Shown: one piece after another, positions 18,640-26,662 of the stretch | Numbering within the stretch: position 1 is the first letter of the stretch | Layout: the number at the start of each line of letters is the position of its first letter | Assembly (NCBI GenBank): GCA_044377255.1 | Contig: JBILJL010000003.1 | Location: forward strand, 1 to 35,388 | Source: Bacteroidia bacterium | GTDB lineage: Bacteria; Bacteroidota; Bacteroidia; UKL13-3 | Reading direction: 5' to 3' | DNA length: 35,388 nucleotides | Translations under genes and position numbers: made by a program | The notes under the pieces: model-generated | What the model saw: only the letters and a program-made list of their open reading frames with translations | The model's database searches: none | What the model was told of the DNA's origin: nothing

Positions 18640-21519
18640 ATGATAAAAACAAAAAAATATTCATGGTTACCCTTGTTTCTGGTAGCATATTTCTTCCTAA
18701 GCCAGGTATATGTTATGGCGCAGCCTATTTCTAATAGCCCTTTGATTAAAAACTACACCAAAAAAATTTACCAAGGAGGCACCCAAAATTGGGATATTTG
18801 CGAAGGAGATAATGGATTAGTGTTTTACGCCAACAACGAGGGCCTCCTGGTATTTGATGGAAAAATATTTAGCAAACATGCTCTTCCTAAAAATACCATT
18901 CTTAGGTCTATTTTATACGATAGTAAAACAAAAAGAATTTATGCCGGTGGTCAAAATGAAATGGGCTATTATCAATTTGAGACCAATGGCAGCTTGCAAT
19001 ACATTTCCATAGCCAACCTCATGCCAGAAGGTTATAAAGGCTTTGAGGATGTTTGGGGAATTGAAGAATATGAGGGCAGGTTTTATTTTCAAACCAATCG
19101 CCAGGTATTTATGTACGACCAAAAATCACTCATTGCGGTAGCACAGTTGGAAAATACACTCGAAAATATTTATAAAGTTGGCAAACGCCTCTTTTTAACA
19201 GATATTGAGGGAAGCATTTTTGAACTCAAAGGTGGTCAATTCAACAAACTAATTAGCAAAAGTGGTTTAGATATCTCGTCTATTCTTGCCAGAGGTAATA
19301 ACCAATTACTGATTACTACCTATAAAAACGGACTCTATTTTTATCAAGACCAAAAGCTAGTTAAGGCGAGTAATAACCAAGAGTTATTTAGGGTTAGTCG
19401 CATTTACAAGGCTTGCAATTTTGGGAGTAATTATATTTTAGGTTCAAACCGAAATGGTGTATTTATTTTAGATAGCAACGCCCAAATTATCAAAAACATT
19501 AGTAATAAAGACGGGCTTCAAAACAACAATGTGCTTTCGGTTTATAAAGATGCCAACCACAATATATGGTTAGGCTTGGATAATGGCATAGATTTGCTTA
19601 GAACCAATTACCCTTTTGCATACGTGGTGCCTGATGGACTGCTTAAAGGGACAGGATATTGTATGGCCGAATTTGGTGATAGTTATTACTTTGGCACCAA
19701 CAATGGGTTATATGCTCAAAAGAAAAATAATAACAGCACCTTTGAATTGATTGCCAATACCGAAGGTCAGGTTTGGTGGGTTCAAGAAATTAACGGAAAA
19801 CTGTTTGTATGCCACCACGAGGGTTTATTTGAAGTGCAAGGCAATACGGCAAACAAAATTTCTGAAATCAGAGGCTGTTGGAAAATCATTCCTTTAAAAA
19901 GCAATCTCGGTTTCTTTGCTCTTGGCACCTACAATGGCATTTCTATTTTTAATTGGCAGAACAATACGCTCTCCTTTGTGGCCACACCTAACCCATTTAA
20001 AGAGTCGAGCCGATTTTTAGAAGAAGATGAATTAGGCAATATTTGGGTAGCTCACCCCTATAAAGGCCTCTATAAAATAAGGTTAAACAACGACTTACAA
20101 AGTGTGCAAAACGTAAAACTGTTTGGTACAAAAGAAGGATTGCCTAGCCAAAATGAAAACTATGTTTTTAATACCCAACAAGGTTTAAGTTTCTGCACCA
20201 CCAAAGGTGTTTATGAGTTTCGCGAAGATTACGGACGATTTCAACCTGCTAAAAGCTTCAATGGATTACTTGATAACAACGATGCATTCAAAAGATTGTA
20301 TGTTGGCAAAAATGGCAAATTGTGGTTCATCAATAACCATGAAATTGGTTTTATTAAACCTATTTATGATGGGGTAGAATATTCTTTCTCTAAAGTGTTG
20401 CTTCCTAAACTAGACCAAAACCTTGTGGGAGGATTCGATTTCCTACATGAATGTGGGAATGGAAATGTTTTCCTTGGTGTGGAATCTGGCTTTGAGCAAT
20501 TTAATTTGAACCAAATTGGCAAATTCAAACCTGTTCAACCGCAAACTTTAATTACAGCAATTCATTCTCTTGAACAACTGGATTCTGTTTACTTTAAATA
20601 CCTTGGACCGCAAAGCAACACCGTAGAAATAAACGACCGCTCTATAGAATTCTCGTACAGTTCAACCAATGCAAATTTTTTTAACGACTTATCGTTTTCA
20701 AGTTATTTAGAGGGTTGGGAGAAAGATTGGTCGCCCTACAAAAGCTCCACTAACAGAGAGTTTAGCCGTTTATCTTTTGGAGACTACTCTTTTCATATCA
20801 AAGCCAAATGCCTTGGTATAGAAGGACCCGAAACCATTATAAAAATTCACATTCCTGCTCCTTGGTACTGGACCAAAGTTGCCAAGTTTATTTATTCCTT
20901 TATAGGTATTATTATAGTATTACTCATTGGTTTCTTCCCGCAAATGTTGGTAAGAAAAAAAGCTATCCGCATTATTGCCGAAAAAGACACCTTGTTTAAG
21001 CAGCAAACAGAATCGCTCAAACAAGAAAAGGATCAAAAAGACAAAGAGCTGATAGAACTAAAAAACCAACAATTACAGCAAGAAATTGAACACCAAGGCA
21101 GAGAATTAGCGTCCTCAACCATGCATATTGTTCAAAAAAGTGAAATGTTATTAAGCATCAAGGATAAGCTTAAACACATTTCAAGTATTAGCAATGATCC
21201 TAAAATTAAACCTGAGATAAGCGATCTCATCAAAAACATTGAAAAAGATACCATCATTGACAGAGATTGGGAAAAATTTGAACTCTATTTTAATAATATT
21301 CATGATAGATTTACACTTATTTTAAAAGCGCGTTTTCCTGTATTTACTGCAAACGACATCAAAATGTGCGCCTACCTGCGTATGAATCTTTCAACAAAAG
21401 AAATTGCAACTATTCTAAACATCTCTGTGCGTGGAGTTGAGATAAGCAGGTATCGCTTAAGAAAAAAGATGGGGCTAGATAATGGAGCCAACCTTACTGA
21501 GTACTTAAGTAAAATATAA
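18640..21519 (+). CDS. Membrane-spanning one-component regulator: beta-propeller sensor, Y_Y_Y domain, TM helix, LuxR-type HTH
   Basis: QNWDI, ANNEGLL, GLQNNNVLS..NIWLGLDNGI repeats. LEGWEKDWS..GDYSFHIKA. PWYWT plus TM helix. C-terminal CAYLRMNLSTKEIATILNISVRGVEISRYRLRKK. No kinase or receiver domain. Confidence 0.9.
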   Translation: MIKTKKYSWLPLFLVAYFFLSQVYVMAQPISNSPLIKNYTKKIYQGGTQNWDICEGDNGLVFYANNEGLLVFDGKIFSKHALPKNTILRSILYDSKTKRIYAGGQNEMGYYQFETNGSLQYISIANLMPEGYKGFEDVWGIEEYEGRFYFQTNRQVFMYDQKSLIAVAQLENTLENIYKVGKRLFLTDIEGSIFELKGGQFNKLISKSGLDISSILARGNNQLLITTYKNGLYFYQDQKLVKASNNQELFRVSRIYKACNFGSNYILGSNRNGVFILDSNAQIIKNISNKDGLQNNNVLSVYKDANHNIWLGLDNGIDLLRTNYPFAYVVPDGLLKGTGYCMAEFGDSYYFGTNNGLYAQKKNNNSTFELIANTEGQVWWVQEINGKLFVCHHEGLFEVQGNTANKISEIRGCWKIIPLKSNLGFFALGTYNGISIFNWQNNTLSFVATPNPFKESSRFLEEDELGNIWVAHPYKGLYKIRLNNDLQSVQNVKLFGTKEGLPSQNENYVFNTQQGLSFCTTKGVYEFREDYGRFQPAKSFNGLLDNNDAFKRLYVGKNGKLWFINNHEIGFIKPIYDGVEYSFSKVLLPKLDQNLVGGFDFLHECGNGNVFLGVESGFEQFNLNQIGKFKPVQPQTLITAIHSLEQLDSVYFKYLGPQSNTVEINDRSIEFSYSSTNANFFNDLSFSSYLEGWEKDWSPYKSSTNREFSRLSFGDYSFHIKAKCLGIEGPETIIKIHIPAPWYWTKVAKFIYSFIGIIIVLLIGFFPQMLVRKKAIRIIAEKDTLFKQQTESLKQEKDQKDKELIELKNQQLQQEIEHQGRELASSTMHIVQKSEMLLSIKDKLKHISSISNDPKIKPEISDLIKNIEKDTIIDRDWEKFELYFNNIHDRFTLILKARFPVFTANDIKMCAYLRMNLSTKEIATILNISVRGVEISRYRLRKKMGLDNGANLTEYLSKI

Positions 21520-21526
21520 AAGAAAA

Positions 21527-21547
21527 GCCCCGCTAAATTAGCGAGGC
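21527..21547. terminator. Probable terminator hairpin between convergent genes
   Basis: GCCCCGCTAA-a-TTAGCGAGGC preceded by an A-run (U-tract on the minus strand). Confidence 0.6.
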
Positions 21548-21577
21548 CTCTCTTCTCAATTACAAACAAATCAGAAC

Positions 21578-24500
21578 TTATTCAACCAACAACTTGTAGG
21601 TTTTTACGGCTTGATCCAACTCAATTTTTACCAAATAAATGCCTGGAGTTAACGCTTGAACATCTAGGTTCAAACCGTTAATTGCGTTGGCTTCAGTATT
21701 GGCTTTTTCCATCATCAATGAACCCACTACATTGTATACACTTACTTTTGAATTAGCCTTAATGCTTTGTCCAAAATCTATATACAAATTATCAGTTGCT
21801 GGGTTAGGATACATTTTTACTGAATTCAAAACCTGATTAGCTAATCCAACTGCATCACAAATGGTACAGGTGTTCCAGCAATAAGCACCAATGGTTTTTG
21901 CAGCTGTATCAGATACTACCATATAACGATTGGTAAAAGTTCCTGTAGTTTTGGTACACAAATCAGAAGGACTAAACGACTCTTGATCGTCCCAATTACC
22001 AATTGTATACTTAAATTCATAAGCACCAGTATCTAAACTCAAGGTAACGCCATAAATGTTTGAACCAATTAAAGTCATTGGTGTACAAGCACCGCACCAA
22101 CCATTAAATGAACCATTTAAAGTAACTCCTTTAGAAAGGTCTCCTACATAATTTTTCATGTTTACCTTAAAGGTAACCTTTGCCTTAGGTGCAGTATTTG
22201 CGCAACTTACACAGCTTTCCCAACATACTACCGGCATGGTATCATTGGTTTTAGAAACCTTGATAGTACGATTGGTAAAGCCAGATTTGGTAGTTGTACA
22301 AGGCAGACCTTCCTTCAAAATTTCTTGTGAAACCCAGTTACCAATTGAATATTTAAAATCATATGTGGTGTCCTTATCTAATAATACAGTAGCTGCCCAA
22401 ATATTGCTAGTTCCCAATTTAGTCATTGGGGTACATTTGCCACACCAGTTGTTGAAGGTACCATTTAGAGTAACTGTGTCACCAGCATTCATATTATATT
22501 TCGACATATCCACTCTAAAGGTTAAATTGGTTTTTGTTGGTCCGCCACTGCTACATGCATTACAAGTTTCCCAACAAACCATAGGAATAGAATCGTTTAC
22601 TTTAGTAGTTTTATAAATCCTATTGGTAAAACCACTAGTAGTTTTAGTACAAGTTAATGAAGGAGCTAAGTTCTCTTGCGAAACCCAGTTACCAATGGCA
22701 TACTTATATTCATATTCCATAGCTGTATCTAAAGCAATGGTGGTAGTCCAAATTTTGGTTCCAACTATATTGGTCATTTTGGTACAAGCGCCACACCAAC
22801 CATTGAAAGTTCCATTTAAAGTAACTGTATCACCCGCATTCATTGGAATGTTTTTGGTATCAACAGTAAACTTCACATTCACCTTTGTAGGTGGCGGAGG
22901 CGTAATACCACCAGCCATCATTACATCATCAAAATAGTAGGTTTTATTGCCAGCAGTTGCACCTGTAACGCCAAAGTTAAAGAAAATAGAAAGCATTTTG
23001 TATTGGTAGGTATAATTGATTGGAACAGTACCACTAGATTGTTTTGAAAAATCAAATTCAATCACCTGCCATGCGTTTGCCACAGTAGTTTTGGTGTCTG
23101 TTTCTACGCTCTTGGTATTATCTGTAGGTACTTCAGCTTTCAATTTTACAACAATGCCTGTATCTGGTGAAAACACTCTTACACGTATTTTATTTGAAGA
23201 GGCAGAAAAGGGAATTACTTCTGCTAAACCAGCTCCAGTGCTCATGGTAGTTCCAGCCCATAACTCAGCAGTATTGTTTTTAATTACTTTAGCTACTTTA
23301 TTAGCTGCATTGTTTGGATCAGCTACAACACTGCTAGCATTGCCACCAAAATCAATCATGGTATAGTTTACATTAGCTGAATCAAAAGTAATTGGCAATT
23401 TAACCTGAGCCATTACGGGAGGTGTTGTTCCTGCATAGAGAATATTGTCGAAATGATATGTTTTGGTACCTGCAGTTGCACCCGTAACACCAAAATTAAA
23501 GAACACAGACAACATCTTATAGGTATAACCATAATTGATTGGCGCGGTTCCTGTAGCTTGATTAGCAAAATTAAATTCTAATTCATGCCACGCATTGGCA
23601 ACAGTTGTGCGCGCTTCTGTCTCCACACTTTTAGTTGGATCTGTAGGATCTTCAGCTTTTAAACGAACAGCAATGCCACTATCAGGTGAATAAACCATCA
23701 TTTTAATTTTAGCATTAGTTGAAGTAAATGGAATTGCCTCTGCCAAGCCTGTAGCTGTGCTCATAGTTGTTCCAGCCCATGTTTCGGCTGTATTTGATTT
23801 GATTACCTTTGCCACTTTATTTGTAGCATTTGTTGGATCAGCAACAACACTACTAGTAGTTCCGCCAAAATCAGTCATGGTGTAATTCACATTGGTAGAA
23901 TCGTAGTTAATAGGTAATTTTACCTGAGCCAAAATTGGACCACTTGCAGGTACAAATCTTAAATCATCAAAATAATACACTTTTGTACCGGCAGTTGCAC
24001 CAGTAACACCAAAATTAAAGAATGCAGAAACTTTCTTATAGGTATAAGTGTAATTAATTGGAGCAGTTCCTGAAGCTTGATTGGCAAAATTAAACTCTAA
24101 AGTTTGCCAAGTATTGGCAGCTGTTGTGCGGGCTTCCGTTTCTACACTTTTACCTCCATCATTAGGATCTTCGGCTTTTAAACGAATAGCAATACCACTA
24201 TCAGGTGAATAAACACGCATGGTCATTTTGGTAGCATTTGCAGCAAAAGGAATAGCACTTACAAATCCACTAGCTGGTCCAACAGTTGTACCAGCCCATA
24301 ACTCTGCTGTATTAGATTTTGTTACCTTAGCTACTTTATTGGTAGAAACCACAGGGTCGGTAAACACCAAACTTGCGTTGCCACCAAAATCTTGCAATAC
24401 ATAATCAACGTTTGTACTATCAAAATTAACCGGCAAATTCATTGGCAATAAGCTAGTACAAGCTGAGCATGAATTCCAGCAAACCACTGGTAAAATAGTT

Positions 24501-24847
24501 GCCGCAGTAACATTCAACGACCTATTGGTAAATCCACCATTGGTTACAGTGCAAGGCAAAGAAGAAGCCAATGCTTCTTGCGCGTTCCATCCACCAACAG
24601 TAAACTTATATTCCTGAGCACCAACAGGAATTGGTAAAGTTACCTGCCAAACATTAGTAGTTCCTTGTTTCACCATAGGGTTACACCTACCGCACCACGA
24701 ATTCCAAGTACCATTCACATAAACGGTATCATTTAATCCAACATAATTGGACATGTCTACCTTAAAGGTGACATTGTTTTGAGCCTGAACCGCTACGTTT
24801 AGTAGCATCATCAGGAAAAAAACCTTGATTGTTGTAAAAATTTTCAT
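21578..24847 (-). CDS. Secreted multi-module carbohydrate-binding protein (A-B-B-B-A-A-A-T9SS CTD)
   Basis: Four Cys-rich CBM48-like modules (V/L-x-FxV..NGT/SF/WNxWCGxC..CWxxCxxC). Three about 173-aa modules (LPxxF/YDS..DFGG..WAGTT..FFNFG..YY/HFD). CTD MYPNP..GIYLVKI. No catalytic motif recognised. Confidence 0.8.
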   Translation of the reverse strand: MKIFTTIKVFFLMMLLNVAVQAQNNVTFKVDMSNYVGLNDTVYVNGTWNSWCGRCNPMVKQGTTNVWQVTLPIPVGAQEYKFTVGGWNAQEALASSLPCTVTNGGFTNRSLNVTAATILPVVCWNSCSACTSLLPMNLPVNFDSTNVDYVLQDFGGNASLVFTDPVVSTNKVAKVTKSNTAELWAGTTVGPASGFVSAIPFAANATKMTMRVYSPDSGIAIRLKAEDPNDGGKSVETEARTTAANTWQTLEFNFANQASGTAPINYTYTYKKVSAFFNFGVTGATAGTKVYYFDDLRFVPASGPILAQVKLPINYDSTNVNYTMTDFGGTTSSVVADPTNATNKVAKVIKSNTAETWAGTTMSTATGLAEAIPFTSTNAKIKMMVYSPDSGIAVRLKAEDPTDPTKSVETEARTTVANAWHELEFNFANQATGTAPINYGYTYKMLSVFFNFGVTGATAGTKTYHFDNILYAGTTPPVMAQVKLPITFDSANVNYTMIDFGGNASSVVADPNNAANKVAKVIKNNTAELWAGTTMSTGAGLAEVIPFSASSNKIRVRVFSPDTGIVVKLKAEVPTDNTKSVETDTKTTVANAWQVIEFDFSKQSSGTVPINYTYQYKMLSIFFNFGVTGATAGNKTYYFDDVMMAGGITPPPPTKVNVKFTVDTKNIPMNAGDTVTLNGTFNGWCGACTKMTNIVGTKIWTTTIALDTAMEYEYKYAIGNWVSQENLAPSLTCTKTTSGFTNRIYKTTKVNDSIPMVCWETCNACSSGGPTKTNLTFRVDMSKYNMNAGDTVTLNGTFNNWCGKCTPMTKLGTSNIWAATVLLDKDTTYDFKYSIGNWVSQEILKEGLPCTTTKSGFTNRTIKVSKTNDTMPVVCWESCVSCANTAPKAKVTFKVNMKNYVGDLSKGVTLNGSFNGWCGACTPMTLIGSNIYGVTLSLDTGAYEFKYTIGNWDDQESFSPSDLCTKTTGTFTNRYMVVSDTAAKTIGAYCWNTCTICDAVGLANQVLNSVKMYPNPATDNLYIDFGQSIKANSKVSVYNVVGSLMMEKANTEANAINGLNLDVQALTPGIYLVKIELDQAVKTYKLLVE

Positions 24848-24950
24848 TGTATTTTGATTTGTTGATGTAAAAATAAACTAAAGATAATCTAAGCCTATTT
24901 TTAATAGCCCTTCATCACTATCACCAATAATAATTCAAAATCAAAAAACT

Positions 24951-24967
24951 ACTACAACACTACTACA
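24951..24967. promoter_or_regulatory. Putative regulator box, copy 2 (ACTACAACACTACTACA)
   Basis: About 100 nt upstream of the 24847 start. Identical to the reverse complement of 30008-30024. Confidence 0.75.
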
Positions 24968-25154
24968 TAAAAATGTAAAAAATTGATAACGTGTAATTTA
25001 ATGAAAATTCGGTTTGAACCCAAAAGCGCCTTTTCCAACAATATTAAAATAGCAGAAATAGCAAGAATCACTTTCAAAAATTCTAGGCCGAAAAAAATCA
25101 AAGGACCTAATTCCCACACTATTTAACCTAAAACGCATGCAATTTCAAAAAAAC

Positions 25155-25185
25155 TTTGCAAAAATGAAAGGAAACCTTACTTTTG
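25155..25185 (+). promoter_or_regulatory. Bacteroidota housekeeping promoter for tRNA-Phe
   Basis: TTTG (25155)-N19-TACTTTTG (25178) matches the -33/-7 consensus. Confidence 0.8.
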
Positions 25186-25254
25186 CACTCCTTAGAAATA
25201 GGTGAAAGCCCATATTTAAGGAACAATTCACTCCAGTTTAGGCAAAAGTGAAAC

Positions 25255-25327
25255 GGTGCGGTAGCTCAGTTGGTAGAGCAAAAGACTGAAAATCTTTGTG
25301 TCGGGGGTTCGAAACCCTCCCACACCA
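25255..25327 (+). tRNA. trnF: tRNA-Phe (GAA)
   Basis: GGTGCGG-TA-GCTC-AGTTGGTA-GAGC-A-AAAGA-CTGAAAA-TCTTT-GTGTC-GGGGG-TTCGAAA-CCCTC-CCACACC-A. CCA is not encoded, and there is a C5.A68 mismatch. Confidence 0.95.
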
Positions 25328-25342
25328 CAAACAAAAATTATA

Positions 25343-25376
25343 AAGCCCTGAATATTAAGTTATTTAGGGCTTTTTT
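25343..25376 (+). terminator. Hairpin after the tRNA (terminator and/or att-associated inverted repeat)
   Basis: AAAGCCCTGAATA-ttaagt-TATTTAGGGCTTT followed by Ts. Confidence 0.7.
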
Positions 25377-25440
25377 GTTTTTAATGCTGAAACTATACTG
25401 AAATTTTTTCCTTCTTATCCTCCTTTTAGTGTGCCTAACA

Positions 25441-25662
25441 TCAAAGTTCAAGTCCAATAAATATAGGTCTTTCTTTAGTATGCTTCCACTTTTGCCAATA
25501 GTCAACTAATAAGCTGCAATACTTTTCTGGCTCTGCTTCATCTAAAATTATTGCCTTAATTCCTAAATGCCATATCAACTCATTGACCTTTTTTAATTCT
25601 GGTTTTTCAGCTTTAATAAAACTACATAAAGTTTCAATGCTATTTATTTTAAATCCTTTCAT
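25441..25662 (-). CDS. Small hypothetical protein, probable mobile-element remnant
   Basis: 73 aa ATG ORF with protein-like composition, coupled by TAATG to a start-less upstream frame. Confidence 0.45.
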   Translation of the reverse strand: MKGFKINSIETLCSFIKAEKPELKKVNELIWHLGIKAIILDEAEPEKYCSLLVDYWQKWKHTKERPIFIGLEL

Positions 25663-25821
25663 TATGAATTAGTAAGAATTGGAGCAGTTAACCATTCAGG
25701 CAATACATGGACCTCATTTAATTTTATATCTGTTTGTGCTTTATCTGTATCAAGTACACAGAAGGAAAACACTGCTCTGTAAATGGCCTAAAGGCCACCT
25801 CCTAAATTTATGGATGCACCA

Positions 25822-25857
25822 TAATAATCCCGGGCCTAAAGGACCCGGGCTATTATT
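25822..25857. terminator. GC-rich imperfect hairpin
   Basis: TAATAATCCCGGGCC-TAAA-GGACCCGGGCTATTATT followed by Ts. Confidence 0.5.
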
Positions 25858-26006
25858 TTCTTACCTATAAATAACCCATTACCAAAATCAAAATGAAACA
25901 TCACATTGTCGAATGGGTATTGAAGGGTAAAAGGGCAGCTGATAAATAAGCTCAGCTGTAGGAAGGCATTTTGGTTCAAACCGAAAAAAGAGGAAATGAG
26001 GTTTTA

Positions 26007-26039
26007 TTTGTAGTTCGGTCGAAATTTTGTTTAATTTTG
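26007..26039 (+). promoter_or_regulatory. Housekeeping promoter for the PKD lipoprotein
   Basis: TTTG (26007)-N21-TAATTTTG (26032). It supports ATG 26096 as the start. Confidence 0.55.
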
Positions 26040-26095
26040 GCATGTTTGTTGGTTATGATACAATTGCCTTCAATTTAAACTATAGAACAATAATT

Positions 26096-26662
26096 ATGAA
26101 TAAAGCCTTATTCCTTCTGTTAATTACAGTTTTCATCATACCATTTGGATGCAAAAAAGCCGATACAGATCCTGTTGCAAGCTTCAGCGTTTCGAACAGA
26201 AACCCCACCATTGGAGAGTTTGTAACCTTTACCAATACTTCGCAAAATGCACACCACATTAAATGGACCTTTCCTGATGGCACCACTGCATCTAGCAACT
26301 CTGTGTCGTATACCTTTAATTTTAATGGCATCTTCAATGTACGACTTGATGCTTACGATAAAAATGAAACCTATTCTGATTTTGCTACAGAAGACATCAG
26401 TGTTTGTACCCCAGGAAGTGTAGTGTTTTATACAGATAGCGCTAGTTACAAATCGCCAATAACCATAAGTTTAAATGGTGCCTTTGTAGGCACACTAAGC
26501 AACCCTTTTGATGGCATTCCTAATTGTGGCAGCCCTGGCGCTGTAACTGCAGAAATTTGTCCTGGCACTTACTCTTATTATGCAGTTAGTGCCGAAAATA
26601 AGGTGTGGCAAAACATGGTTAAAGTTACCGCAAACGGTTGTGTAGCAATTAAACTGAATTAA
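26096..26662 (+). CDS. PKD-domain lipoprotein
   Basis: MNKALFLLL..PFGC-KK lipobox. PVASFSV..VTFTNTS..WTFPDG PKD motif, then a Cys-containing beta domain. Confidence 0.8.
   Translation: MNKALFLLLITVFIIPFGCKKADTDPVASFSVSNRNPTIGEFVTFTNTSQNAHHIKWTFPDGTTASSNSVSYTFNFNGIFNVRLDAYDKNETYSDFATEDISVCTPGSVVFYTDSASYKSPITISLNGAFVGTLSNPFDGIPNCGSPGAVTAEICPGTYSYYAVSAENKVWQNMVKVTANGCVAIKLN

Noticed and set aside
22158-24404. Repetitive + strand ORFs and DNA repeats suggesting an array or DGR template/variable repeats
   Set aside because: They are antisense shadows of in-frame protein-domain repeats. There is no reverse transcriptase and no repeat-spacer pattern.
25679-25870. 63-aa + strand ORF
   Set aside because: TTG start, runs through a hairpin, and opposes a more protein-like minus frame.
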